DNA of 64,000 bases from Octopus vulgaris (lineage: Eukaryota): contig OX597826.1 in assembly GCA_951406725.2 (NCBI GenBank), positions 27,218,001-27,282,000 of the forward strand. Reading direction: 5' to 3'. Below the pieces are notes generated by a model. The model was not told where the DNA came from, searched no databases, and was given only the letters and a program-made list of their open reading frames with translations. Of this stretch, positions 13,890 through 26,862 are shown one piece after another. Position 1 is the first letter of the stretch, and every line of letters starts with the position of its first letter. A program made the position numbers and the translations under genes.

Positions 13890-14085
13890 CCGAAATTATA
13901 GGAGAAGGAAAACAAGAGGGATATAAAGGGAAACGGAATAGAGTGCCCAGTAGAATTGTTACAAAAGGTTTGCTTCCTTAGCACAGCCAGAATAATCAAG
14001 AAAATATTAGATATTTGAATAGAACAGATAGTATGGTAGCGTAGGCTGCAGGCAGACAGCCCGCTATGCATGCAAAACTCCAGCA
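13890..14085 (+). mobile_element. R4/Dong-like LINE extreme 3' fragment
   Basis: Translates ...GIECPVELLQKVCFLSTARIIKKILDI*, similar to LLKSTLLGTTRINRRILGA at about 55540-55595. Confidence 0.6.
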
Positions 14086-14325
14086 GTTATAATAAAAACT
14101 TGAGGTAAAAAGAAATAGCAATATCGAAAGTATTATAGTATGCTTTGAAAAGTTCAATAAAATGTACAAATCTAACACATAAAAATTGCCTTGCAATGTT
14201 TATAGAGTATTCCTCGACATATCATCGTTCACCTATCGTTGTTTATTATTTAGGCTTACGTCGATTCCTCCATGGTGTTGTTTTGAATTTATAATAAAAT
14301 AATTGCAGCGTGGAATTAAGTTTAA

Positions 14326-14375
14326 TTTGTCAAAATATTTTCGTCGCTAAAATCCGCGACCTGTTCACTGACAAA
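14326..14375 (-). ncRNA. Hammerhead-like motif, G3-C8 core variant (left arm)
   Basis: Minus strand TTTGTCA-GTGAACA-G-GTCGC-(GGATTTTA)-GCGAC-GAAA-A-TA-TTT-TGACAAA. Stem I 7 bp, stem II 5 bp, palindrome AAAATATTTT. Confidence 0.6.
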
Positions 14376-14406
14376 AATCCGTGCCTCATCTCATTCAGCA
14401 CGGATT

Positions 14407-14457
14407 TTTGTCAGTGAACAGGTCGCGGTCTTAAAGCGACGAAAATATCTTGACAAA
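14407..14457 (+). ncRNA. Hammerhead-like motif, G3-C8 core variant (right arm, cleavage-site U to C)
   Basis: TTTGTCA-GTGAACA-G-GTCGC-(GGTCTTAAA)-GCGAC-GAAA-A-TA-TCT-TGACAAA. Confidence 0.55.
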
Positions 14458-14632
14458 TTAAACTTAAATGTTGAAGTGAATCGAACGGCTTTTGTGTGTT
14501 TCTTAAATGGCTTACAAACACCTTCCACGCTGCAATTGTTTTCGTTCCAGCACACGATCTCAGATCAAATCACTTGCTATGCGAGTACATCTCCGTAATA
14601 TAATAAAATAAATATATAGAAATTATAAAAAT

Positions 14633-15003
14633 AACAAGAGCTTACAGAGAGCGCAAACCTCCGCCAAGGCAACACCAACGTCCTCTCAACGATTAGACAG
14701 AGGTAATTTTTTAAATGAGAATATCTGAAATAAACTCAACTGCTCTCGCAAACGAGAATACTAAAAATGAGCAAGACTGAACTCACAAAATAAGTAAAAA
14801 AGCAGGAAAAGTAATTCAGAATCCTTGTACGGTACCGAATCGATACCAAAATCTAATCAGTTCTTGCCAGTCACGAGGCCAAACATCCTTGAAAGTTTCA
14901 TCCGAATCCATTTGGGGTTCTTGAGATATCTTGTCCACGGACAAACAAACGAACAAACACGATTGAAAGCAGTACCTCGGCCTCCGCTAAGGCAGAGGTA
15001 ATA
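14633..15003 (-). mobile_element. Helentron-associated (HINE/DINE-1-like) non-autonomous element
   Basis: Subterminal inverted repeats ACCTCCGCCAAGG (~14657) and AAGGCAGAGGT (~14989); terminal stem-loop CCTCCGC-TAA-GGCAGAGG; short (CAAA)n tract near 14941; no coding capacity. Confidence 0.6.
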
Positions 15004-15017
15004 ATAAAAAATATACG

Positions 15018-15104
15018 GTACAGTATTTTTTCTACTTCGCGGATTTTTGCCTATGGCGGAGTGTCTTCGAACGTAACATCCGCGATATTCGAGGGATTAT
15101 AGTA
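15018..15104 (-). mobile_element. Terminus of a pogo/Tigger-like MITE
   Basis: Minus strand TACTATAATCCCTCGAATATCGCGGATGTTACGTTC...ATCCGCGAAGTAGAA resembles TA-CAGT..CCTCG..TATCGCGG Tigger-type ends. Recognised from memory only. Confidence 0.4.
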
Positions 15105-15255
15105 TAAAACTATTTTGCTATTTGTTAAAAATTAATCACTGTATGTGCTTATAGAAGTCATTGTGATTAATAATACGATGATCACTATTTTATGAATAGA
15201 TACGGCAACGTTTTGTCATTTAAATTAATAAAATTGTTACATATATATATATATA

Positions 15256-15314
<59 letters not shown>

Positions 15315-15329
15315 TGTGTGTGTGTGTGT

Positions 15330-15522
15330 GCCTGTGCTTTCCCCCAACATTGCTTGACAACAGATGCTGGCGTGTTTACGTCCCCGTAACTTAGCGGTTC
15401 TGCAGAAGAGACCGATAGAATAACTACTGGGCTTACAAAGAATAAGTCCTGGGGTCGATTTGCTCGAGTAAAAACGGTGCTTCAGCATGACTACAGTCAA
15501 ATGCCTAAAACGAATAAAAGAA
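15330..15522 (+). mobile_element. SINE family A, 3' body
   Basis: CTTGACAACAGATGCTGGCGTGTTTACGTCCCCGTAACTTAGCGGTT...GGGGTCGATTTGCTCGA...CAGTCAAATG, preceded by (TA)n(TG)n. Confidence 0.85.
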
Positions 15523-15856
15523 TATATTATACCATATTGCAAGGTGTGATATAATCTCCCGGTAATTAGTATAATATCTCGCTGAGAATAAAAGGGAAGA
15601 ACAGATCCTGCCAAGCCGGGATTGGCGAATATGGTCAGGTAGTCAGTCATATAGTTCAGGTGTGACGTTAGCAGCATGCCGTGTCATCGTTCGTCAATTC
15701 CTCGAAAACGGTTGATTGGAATGAATGTGGATATGATCTTTAACCTCTTCTTCCTCGCTTGTGAAAAATGTAAAGTTGTATTTCTTTCGTTATCCTTAAA
15801 TGAATTCAGAAACAAAAGGACAGAAAAAGTTGACTGAAGTCGTTGTGCTGTGTGGA

Positions 15857-15895
15857 ATATCTGACGTTTCGGATAAAGTTCTTCTTCAGTGTATA
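15857..15895 (-). ncRNA. Degenerate minimal hammerhead motif
   Basis: Minus strand TATACA-CTGAAGA-A-GAA-CTTTA-TCC-GAAA-C-GTC-AGATAT. Core and GUC triplet intact; stems I and II partly mismatched. Confidence 0.5.
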
Positions 15896-16273
15896 GCTGA
15901 CAGAAAAGAATTAGAAGAAACACAACAGCCTAAAACCAGTCTTCCTAAATTCTATTTTATATCTTTAATACATTATTGTCATGTGTAACACGGTTACGGA
16001 TTCACTCCATCTTACGTGTAATTTTGTGGTTTATATTTGTTATGTCTTAACTCACGTTACAAAACATATTCCTGTATTCGCATTGTCATTTCAAAATTAA
16101 AATCGACACTCACGCTTATACAGCAGAGATATATCTCTGCTGATTTTACAGAATGTTTTCCGATTCCTACTAAATTTCTGAAATATTTTTCGGCAACAAA
16201 CCAACATTCCCGGAGAGTAAGCTATACAGAACCAAAAATATACTAAAATCTCTCTCCCCCTCTCTCTCTCTGT

Positions 16274-16327
<54 letters not shown>

Positions 16328-16485
16328 ATAGATAGATAGATAGATAGATAGATATAGGTATAGGTTAGAGGTATATACGTATATGAATATGTATTCATAC
16401 ATATGTATAGATATATATATATATATATAACAAGTGTATATATATGTATATATATGTATATATATATATTATATATATATATATG

Positions 16486-16706
<221 letters not shown>

Positions 16707-17329
16707 CTGATTCTGCATCTATATATTTGAAATCTGGAATTTCCAAAAGTAAAAAAGAAATACACCATAATCGTTTATGGTGTGATTGTGATTGAATTAA
16801 ATCTAATATTTCAAAAATAGACAAAAAATATTATAAGAACCAAACTTAAATGTAAATTTCTGTTATTTTAGTTTCATGACTAATAACTATATAAAGCAAT
16901 GCTTGTAATACTAAATCATAACACATCGCATTATAACTGGAAGGATATTTGACTCTTTCCCATATTAGGAAACACGAATACAAAACGCTTTAATATACAT
17001 CATCTCTGAAAATAAAATATTTTGACGACTTAGCAAAAAACAAAAAAAAAGTGTCTTTATTAGAAAGAAAACCGTCAGTCGAATCGTAACAGAACGACAT
17101 ATCTTCCTTTGAAATTACTAGACGTAAATTACTGGGTTTATTTTCATACGAAACTGTTGTTTTTTTCCTTAGTTGTTCGAGTAGGCCCATACGTACATAT
17201 ATACATACTCACACATACATACATACATACATACATACATACATACATACATACATACATAAATACATACATACATACATACATACATACATACATACAT
17301 ACATACATACATACATACATACATACATA

Positions 17330-17440
17330 CAAAAATATCATGTTGGTGTTGAAATTCGAATGAAGGAGACTTGGATTTAGGTTAGAAACCGGTTCTTTCT
17401 CTATTCGCAAGAAATCTTGAAATAAACAGAATAACGACAT
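17330..17440 (+). repeat. ~110-bp interspersed repeat associated with (ACAT)n
   Basis: GAAATTCGAATGAAGGAGACTTGGATTTAGGTTAGAAACCGG...CAAGAAATCTTGAAATAAACAGAATAA. Inverted homologues at 44388-44476 and 44581-44650, each next to (TATG)n. Confidence 0.75.
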
Positions 17441-18007
17441 ACACATACAGATTACAAGTTCAAGTTTCTATCAGTAAATATTGAGACACTGGGATATATA
17501 TATAGCACACTCCCTAAATACTAATCTTGTGAAATGAGGCTTCGCAAAACCAGAAAGGATATTCCTAATATTTACACGGTATCATTTATAGCGCTATATG
17601 ATTCGAAATCCACCAATTAAAATTTTAAAAATGGGAATACAGACAAGGAAAGCACACATACATAGCTGAATGGGTGGAGGTGTGTGTGTGTATGTTTGTG
17701 TATGTACACCTTTATATATATATTTATATATAGACCTATATATGTATATGTATGTATGTATATGCAAGGTTATGATTCACCTCATTGCTGATGGACATGT
17801 GCTAGTCTTTAGGTGGGGGTGTATATAGAGTGAGTGAGAGACAAAGAGATGGAGACAAAAACACAGACAGACAGACAGAGAGAAACGCAACATATATTAT
17901 GTAGTTCAGGATTTTTTTTTTAAATCGTAAAGTAAACTGTTAACAAAGGACACATACGTGTATAGACTCACTCACGCTCAAAGACATGAGACATACACAC
18001 ACACACC

Positions 18008-18038
<31 letters not shown>

Positions 18039-19221
18039 ATACATGTGTTCATACCTTTGGATGTGTGAGCTTATGTGAGTGTTCTCGTGAATATGCGTGT
18101 ATTCATGCAACTAATACAGGTGCGCAGAAGGAAAAATGCTTGCAGATATGCATATATTTATTTGCACGTTTAAATGCATTCTCCTATTTTAAACCAATCA
18201 CCTGTATTAATCCAGGCACCTGGAGCTACGTGGTTAAAATGCTTCGTATTGACCAGTGTCGGCTAACATGTGCGTGCATGCGTATATATGTGTCTGTATG
18301 TGTGCGTGCAAGTGCATATATGTATGTGTATGCGTGACTGAAAAAACTGCGCCGCAGGGCGGTCATTTATCCAATGTCATAGAAAAGCCATTAGGCTTTT
18401 CTTTGGTATTATTGTTCGGTTAGTTACCATATTCGAAGTTAGAACAGTTCTTCTCTGACTCAGGTTTTCCAGTATGCCTCTGGCTATAGTTACCGATTGG
18501 CTGTTTCGTGCGTGATTGAATTATCATTGCTTGTGAACAACTGTTTAACGCGTCAGCTTTATGCAAATTCTCGTGTATAAGAACAAGAGATTGAGTGAAA
18601 TATAAAAGACGCAAAACAAAGGAGACACACTCTGAAAGATTGAGTAATTAACGTAGAACGAGAGAATGAATTTAAGAATGACATTCCCCTCCCCTCTTGC
18701 TGGATGGTTGTCGCCGTTGATTTTATGTAATCACGATTTGGTCAATGCAAAATGGAATAGTTTCGTATTTGCTATCTAGCTACTTGTGTTATTGACAGCT
18801 TTTTCTCTGAGACAAGCAATAAAGAAACCTTGAACAAAACTCTTGTTGGCGCATGATATTATACCATAGACCTAACAAATATATAGGTTTTCCTGAGTTT
18901 TATTTTTTATGTTAAAAACAATATGTTACTTTAATTGCATGTTCGAAACATGTTCCTTTTACATTTCTCTGGTAGATTTGCGCAGTTATGGCTTTGGTTT
19001 TGGGTTGATGAAATTCGTTTGATAAGACTCTTCGTTTGACTTGATTCCCACTACATAGCAACGTGGGCAAGAAATTTCTGCTGCACTTCTGACCCAACGA
19101 ATGTCTTGTAATTGAATTTTATGGAGAACAGCTGCGCGGAAAGTCGTCACATATACATACATACATACATACATCTATCTATATAGATACAAATATATAT
19201 ACATATATATATTTATATATA

Positions 19222-19276
<55 letters not shown>

Positions 19277-19934
19277 ATATATATATTATATATATATATA
19301 TATACGTATTTATACATATATAGTATCAACATAGATAAATACATGAACACACACACGCGTTGTTTTTTTTGTGCTTTCTTCGATTTTTGTGGTGGGGGTG
19401 ATTAATTTAACATATATGTGCGTTATATATATATATATATATGTTTTTTCTCACACAGCTTGATAATTAGTGCACACTTGTCCACGTGACCGAAACGTAG
19501 CGGTTCGGCACAGAAGAGTCGATAGAAAACCGCAACAAAAATCTTGAACTAAACATTGGGCTCAAATACGTTTTACATGCTGTAACTAGAAGAAGAAGCA
19601 TTGCCAGTTGCCGACCAGCTTGCTCATATTTGCCCACTTCCTTTCAAGTGTTACAGTTCAAAGCAAGTGGTAAAAGGCGATTCCAGACAGCCGAAGTTGC
19701 AAGCATTCAAACCACATAACTTCTTTAAAGATACCTTCCTAATTCCAGTCAAGTCTTGGCAGTCTTGTAAACGGTCATTGGCTCTACCTTTCAGGCCGTC
19801 TCAGAAATGGTCAAAGCTACCCTTGATCCATAAATTTAACCTGTGGCTTGTCTTTCTTGATTGCCATCGTCTCCGTTGACGACATCAAACAGTGAAATTT
19901 ATGTTATCTATGATGGATCTTCCTTTCTCTTCCA

Positions 19935-20540
19935 TCAGTTTACTTGATTCAGTCTTTGATCTGCGACCATGCGAAGGCACTATCTTGAACGATTTTAGTC
20001 AAATGGTTCGATCCTACTACTTATTTTTTAAAGACCTAATACTTATTCTATGAGGGGTCGGTGTTCTGTCAATTTGCTATGTTAAATTACAGAGACGTAC
20101 ACATACTAATAAAGGTTGTCAAGCGATGACGGAGGACACAAACACACTCACACACACATGCATACATATAGGCATACATACATCATACATACAAACAAAC
20201 ATACATACATGCACACATACACATATATGCATATGTACACGTATGTCTACATCTATCTATTTATCTATCTATTTCTATATATGTATATATATATATGTGT
20301 GTGTGTGTATACAGATGTATATATACACGTGTGTGTGTATGTGAGGGCGTGTGCGTGTGTATGTAAGTACGTATGTATGCATGTATACACAATGGACATC
20401 TTTTATTTTCTGTCCACCAAATCCAGATCCCAAGACTTCTGTCAGCCTTAAACTATAATAGACTTACCCATGGTGCCAGGAGGTTGGACTGAATCCAGAT
20501 CGATATGGTTTCTAATCCGACTTCCTACCGCACAGCCAGG
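19935..20540 (-). mobile_element. SINE family A, old degenerate copy
   Basis: Body remnant at 19935-20140, expanded internal microsatellite, head remnant at 20400-20540 (GGACTGAATCC...CTACCGCACAGCCA). Confidence 0.6.
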
Positions 20541-21874
20541 CAATAAAACCCCACGAAATTGACTGAAATGTAATTGAGTATATCAACCCCGTTATTTGAG
20601 TCGAAATCTATATTACTAACAACGGTAGAATGAAATGCAAATTTGGTTGGCATCAGTGAGATTTGAATTCAGGAAGCAAATCGGTGTAAATAAATAAAGT
20701 TTAGAATATTGACTGAAGGCTTTAACGATTACGTTAATCCACTATAATTAACATGTCGACTGAGAGCGGGAGTTGGGGGTGTTTAGATTAACAAGAGAAA
20801 CATTGTGATATTTGAAAGATACTGGCAAAACTCTGAATATCGATGAGTTATAATTACTAACAAGGAAACTACTAAAAACGACAAACCAACATATTCAGAA
20901 TGTCTATATATGAGTGTACCTATTTATGTGTCTATATAACATATAAATATATATATACATATATTCCTGTATATGTTTATGTGTCTAGAAATATATGTAT
21001 ATATATGTATATGCATAATTCATATATATATACGCACACACACACATATATACACACATTTATTCACATATATATTTTACTTAAATCTACATATATATAT
21101 ATTCCTGTATATATCTATGTGTCTCGAAATGAATGTATATATGTATATATATACCCATTTATATATATATATATATATATATATCATTCATATATATATT
21201 TTATTTTACTTAAATCTACATACGAACAAACATATATATGCTATATGATTGTGCAAATCTAAACTATATGTATACATACATATATACATGTATACATATG
21301 TGTGTGTGTGTGTGCGTGTATGTGTGTGGGTTATACGAATGTATAAATCTATCTTATATGTGTATATAATTGTCAATAATTCAATAGAATATAGAAGTTA
21401 TTGATTTTTGTGTATGTTACGACAAACAGAAAGCCGTCAAGCATACACTTACATACACACACACACACATGCAAACACAAACACACTACAAACGCATACA
21501 TACTAACGATCTGCTTCTTTTGATACCTACGTTCGGTCTTTTGATCTTTCACACAAGCATGTACACACACACACACACACACACACACAGACGCATACTC
21601 ACACACACATACAGAAGTTAAGTATATATCTGAATCTAAGTTTTAAATTGCAACGATTTGTAAAACGCTTTCACATTTTGTTATAACAAGCTTAGTATCT
21701 TTGAGGTCATTCATGACACTCTACTTTATCTCTTTTTTATTTCTTCTTAGCTTTCATTCGCTGAAATATAATTTTTGCTACTAACTGGTTGTCAACGTGG
21801 TTTTTCCAACGCTTACTTTGCTTACATGGTACAAATTTACTTTCAGAAATGACCTATATGCTCGATTCTAAACT

Positions 21875-21941
<67 letters not shown>

Positions 21942-22152
21942 ACACACACACACACACGCATATATATATATGTACATTTGTACGTATATGTGTATGTGGA
22001 TGTTTGTGTCTGTGGATGTATTCGTGTGTATGTGTGTGTGCGTGAAACTTTTGCAAGGAATTTTAGTTATACCATGATGCAGTATTTTTTACATTTTGCG
22101 AACTTATGTCCACTTATGTATGGGCGAATAAACAATTATCTGTAACTATTTA

Positions 22153-22226
<74 letters not shown>

Positions 22227-23449
22227 TTGTTATTTCGAATCCGCTTGGAAGTGTTTTGATCTGAAGCCGTGTGAGGAAGGCGATATTGTTATATTTAAGA
22301 ATACGTCTTATCTTCACATATCTTTCATTTCCCAAGCAGTTCTCCGTTACGATATAGTCACTAGAATTTATAGTTCGAACTACTTCCCTAACGGCAGATA
22401 TTGTAAGGGAGATAATCATTTCTAGATTAATCACGGCAGAATTAGAGGTTTGAATTTAACAGAGATGTGTTACGATAAAGATACACGTAATATATACATT
22501 TAATATCTTTTAGTTTTCTTTTCACACTCATAGAAACGATTATCTGTTATGTGCACCACCATTTCATCCTTATTTGAAACAATTAGCATAGTTTCACCCG
22601 ACGTAAATTCAACACTCATGAAATGCTTCTGTTTTTTTCCGTAGGCTCTTAATAGTTCAAAATTTGAATGTTTCTCAATGGATACTCATTCTACTTCTTA
22701 AACGCTTGATTTTCAGTATATAAATGATATTTTTAATCTGTTATAAAATTACCATGGTAACAAACGTGCAAACTGATAAAGTTTTTGTGATTTTTAAGAC
22801 ATCTTTTCAAGGGTTCAAAATATAAGAAGCCAGAGGCTTCTTATACCTACAGTTTTGCATGGGAGAGCTGAGGGAGAAAACTCTTCCTTAGATATGATGT
22901 CTAAGATGGAGTTATGCATTGCGGAGGATTTTTAAACCTTCGCATCACGAATAACAGCTGACTGTAACGAATTCAACAGCGGCAAGAGATCATGTGCCGC
23001 TTGCTCCATGCGACACTGCACGACCAATTGAAACAGATGACGAAGAGAACCGATATCAGTCCCAGAAACAACGGGGAGAAAACGGAACGCCATGGTTTCA
23101 CATCGTGTAGCTCAGCGTAGAACACTTTGAAAAGCATCCTCGAAGTGATGAAGAAGATGAACGGCAACGATGACTGACAACTCCAGCTACGCCTTGCAAT
23201 GCACACGTAAATGGGATGGCACAAACGAAGAATGAAACATTCGAAAATGAATAGTAGCCGATAATAACGAGTGTGGACGATATGATGAAGAGGATACTTC
23301 GCACTTGAAAAAACTTAAATGTATAACTCATGAAGTAGAAAACTGCAGAACTGCTCTCAACAGCAAGTTATAGAAGAAAAAACTAAGCAACTATACTTCA
23401 AACAGCATCTACCGTTTTAAAAGAAAGATATACTAATGTATGAGCACTA

Positions 23450-23660
23450 TTTCGAGGTCGATGAATGTCTAATATATCGTTATATTTCGGGATGGTCATT
23501 TTTTTTTCTTTTTTGTTTTTGCCAAATAAACACACACACACTATATACTCGTTCTACACTCGTTTATTACTGTTCTTATTTTACCTGATGTCCATTGACT
23601 GGAATTGTTTCGTCACACATTACAACTTCTTCAGCGACCCTTTCAATCCACGTATATCCT
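23450..23660 (-). mobile_element. Hammerhead-bearing module, homologous to 63790-64000
   Basis: Shares TATTT.GG.ATGGTCAT, GCCAA, AAACACAC.CACTATATA and TTTCGTCACAC with the 63.8-kb copy. Minus strand 23597-23640 reads CTGAAGA-A-GTTGTA-ATG-TGTGAC-GAAA-C-AA-TTC. Confidence 0.55.
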
Positions 23661-24361
23661 TCTGTTACAGTTAGTCCATTCTTCAGAAATATAACAACAT
23701 CTGTTTCACTTCAGGAAACACACGGTTTCATGTCTGGAATCTTGCAACACAAATTCTAAAACGAATATCTAAACATTTTCTCTGAAATCGCAATGAATTT
23801 TGTGCACAAACACCGTTAAACTAGATTGATTCAACCATCGCAGACAAATGTGTTAGCAGAGGTTTCAATGCGAAACGTATATCTGTATATCGAAAGCAAA
23901 ACCGAATTGACAGGCCGTTTGGTATCCGACAGAACACTCATATGTTACACAATGTCAAATAGATAAATTAATTGATGAAAATATAGTATATTTTTAGTGT
24001 AACATGACATTTCGTTTCGTATTCCTATTCAAAACGAAACAACATATACACACACACGCGGGCGCGCACTCAGATGCACACAAATGTGTGTCTGTATGCG
24101 TATGTGTGTGTTCGCGTGCGTGCGTGTGTTGTTCAAGGGGGCAGCTTGCAGTTTGACGTAGATTTCGTTATTGTTGGTAAGAGTAGAGACCGTATCATTG
24201 GCTCTTAAAAGGAAGCTTTCTCATAGAGTTTTCTATCGCATAATATATATACAAAGATGTAAATATTAACGCAAAGCATATAAGACATTATTGTAATTGC
24301 TACTCACATGCAACATGCAGCAGACTACTTGTCAATTCAATACTCACATAGGAGTAAAGTC

Positions 24362-24405
<44 letters not shown>

Positions 24406-24737
24406 AATATACATGCATACATGTATAGTACATATGTGAATATCTATATACTTCCGTCCACATATGCATGCATACGTGCATATAGGAAGAGATACATTTC
24501 AAAGACGCATTTCACATGTATACATACAAAAAAAAATATGATGAAAGAAATATCAAACAGTGGAACCATCTAGGGATGAATCTTCATCTTGAGACATCAA
24601 ACGTATTTCAAGAAATATTCTTCGAACTGATAACATTAGAAACTGCAGAGATTATTCATTCTCATATACTAGTTCATTATTGTAGTAGTTGTGTGTCTAT
24701 TGATTTATTCTCTTATGTATGAATGTATGTATGGGTA

Positions 24738-24791
<54 letters not shown>

Positions 24792-25109
24792 GTACTGAGG
24801 TGCACAGATATACATAGATGCATAAATATGTTTAAATCAATACAGCTAAATAATACTAAACGCATATAAGGTATATATATGTATATGTACATATATATGT
24901 ATGTATATATATGTACACACACAGACATACATTCTCAAACAACACGTTTACGCAAAGTCTCCACCAACTAAATTGCACTGTTATTCAAATATCTATACAC
25001 ATACATAGATGCATCCATATGTGTATGTATATATATATATATATATGTACCTACATATATAAAAATTGCACAGTTATTCAAATATCTATACACATACATA
25101 GATGCATCC

Positions 25110-25183
<74 letters not shown>

Positions 25184-25335
25184 GGATGCATCTATGTATG
25201 TGTATAGATATTTGAATAACAGTGCAATTTTTATATATGTAGGTAGATAGCTATATATTTCTATTGATGATTGTAGCAATTTTCTACTCTTTTTCAGACT
25301 CACTCTCACCATATATTGGTATATCTATATATCTA

Positions 25336-25374
<39 letters not shown>

Positions 25375-25463
25375 ATGTGACCGCCATTGAAAACGTGACC
25401 GCGTGTGTATCGTTGGCGACTTTTTCCTTCGTCTTCCCTTCCTTGAATCTTTCCTTTTCCTAT

Positions 25464-25498
25464 GTTGCTGACGAAGATCTCCGCTCGAAACGTTAAAT
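25464..25498 (+). ncRNA. Minimal hammerhead motif in a ~220-bp module between (TA)n tracts
   Basis: GTTG-CTGACGA-A-GATC-TCC-GCTC-GAAA-C-GTT-AAAT. Core intact, AACGTT palindrome, one mismatch each in stems I and II. Confidence 0.6.
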
Positions 25499-25685
25499 TT
25501 TCCTTCTTTCTTTCGTTTCTCTAGCGTTGAATAACACTATACATGTTCCATGTTCTCGCTTTGTTCTGTTTTCTCTTTGTGTCTTCATGTTTAGATTAAC
25601 TTTATACATATATATAGATAGAGAGAGAGTGCAAAACAAATTATGAGCCTTAGCCTGTATTTGTATTTAAAGGAATCTATCATTG

Positions 25686-25739
<54 letters not shown>

Positions 25740-26059
25740 TTATATATATATATATATAAAAAGAGGGAAAGAGAGAGAGGGAGAGAGAGAAATAGATAGA
25801 AGGGTGGACAGATGGATAGATAGATACTTGCGTACGAATAAATGTATGTTCGTATGTACATACATACAAATATACCAGCATATATGTGGTTATAGAAGCA
25901 TAGTGATATAAGCCGTGCCTAGTAATACACAACAACTGTTTCGTCCAATCTGTTTCGTCCAACTGTTTCGTCTAATCCTCCACGTAAACTAAGCATGAAA
26001 CTCCTTTCTTCCCTAAGTGTGTTCTTTACTGGTATTTATGTCCATATATGTATGTTTCT

Positions 26060-26113
<54 letters not shown>

Positions 26114-26694
26114 ATGTTATACTCGCAAATTTACAATTCATTCGCTTATCCTGTTAGTCTTTGAATTATTTCTACATTGAAGAATTTTAATCGAAATGAA
26201 CAACACCAGTACTCATCTTTTTTCAATCTGACACTTGCTCTCTCGGACTCTATTGCCGAACCGTTATGTCACGTAAACACACCAACATCAGTTGTTAAGG
26301 ATTGGTGCGGGACATAAACACACACACATGCACACACAAACACACACACACATAAGCACACTCACAGACGCATACATGCATGAACGCCATACATCTCTCT
26401 CTCTACACACACACACAGACATACATTCTCAAACAACACGTTTACGCAAAGTCTCCACCAACTGAATTCGTTTTCTAGGCATGATTAAGCAGGAACCATT
26501 GTAAACGACGACAAAATTTCCATACAGTGGAATTGAACCCGAACCTACGGGCTTGCGAAACAGCGTAGTTACCCACCACCAGTCATTCTTCTACCTCTAG
26601 CTGCCTCTTCGTTTCTTGTACTGTATTCCTCAGAATACATATTCCTGTTTATTTTCGCTTCACATGGTTTCTTTATAAGTAAAAACCAAAATTT

Positions 26695-26800
26695 GTGTCC
26701 CACTGCGTGGTACCTTGGGCGGGTGTCCTCTACTATAGCTTAGGGTCGATCAAAGCCTTGTGGGTGGATTTGGTAGAGGGAAAACTGAAAGAAGCCCGTC

Positions 26801-26862
<62 letters not shown>

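Larger units (their letters stand above)
14303..14598 (+). mobile_element. Penelope-like non-autonomous module with 5' inverted copy
   Basis: Inverted repeat 14316-14384 / 14398-14467 with a 13-nt loop; TTGCAGCGTGGAA (14303-14315) is inverted at 14523-14535; 13-bp direct repeats TATAATAAAATAA at 14290-14302 and 14599-14611. Confidence 0.7.

Noticed and set aside
22890-23310. Possible RTE-like 3' remnant (also 19590-19890)
   Set aside because: Only a vague resemblance; too decayed to support.
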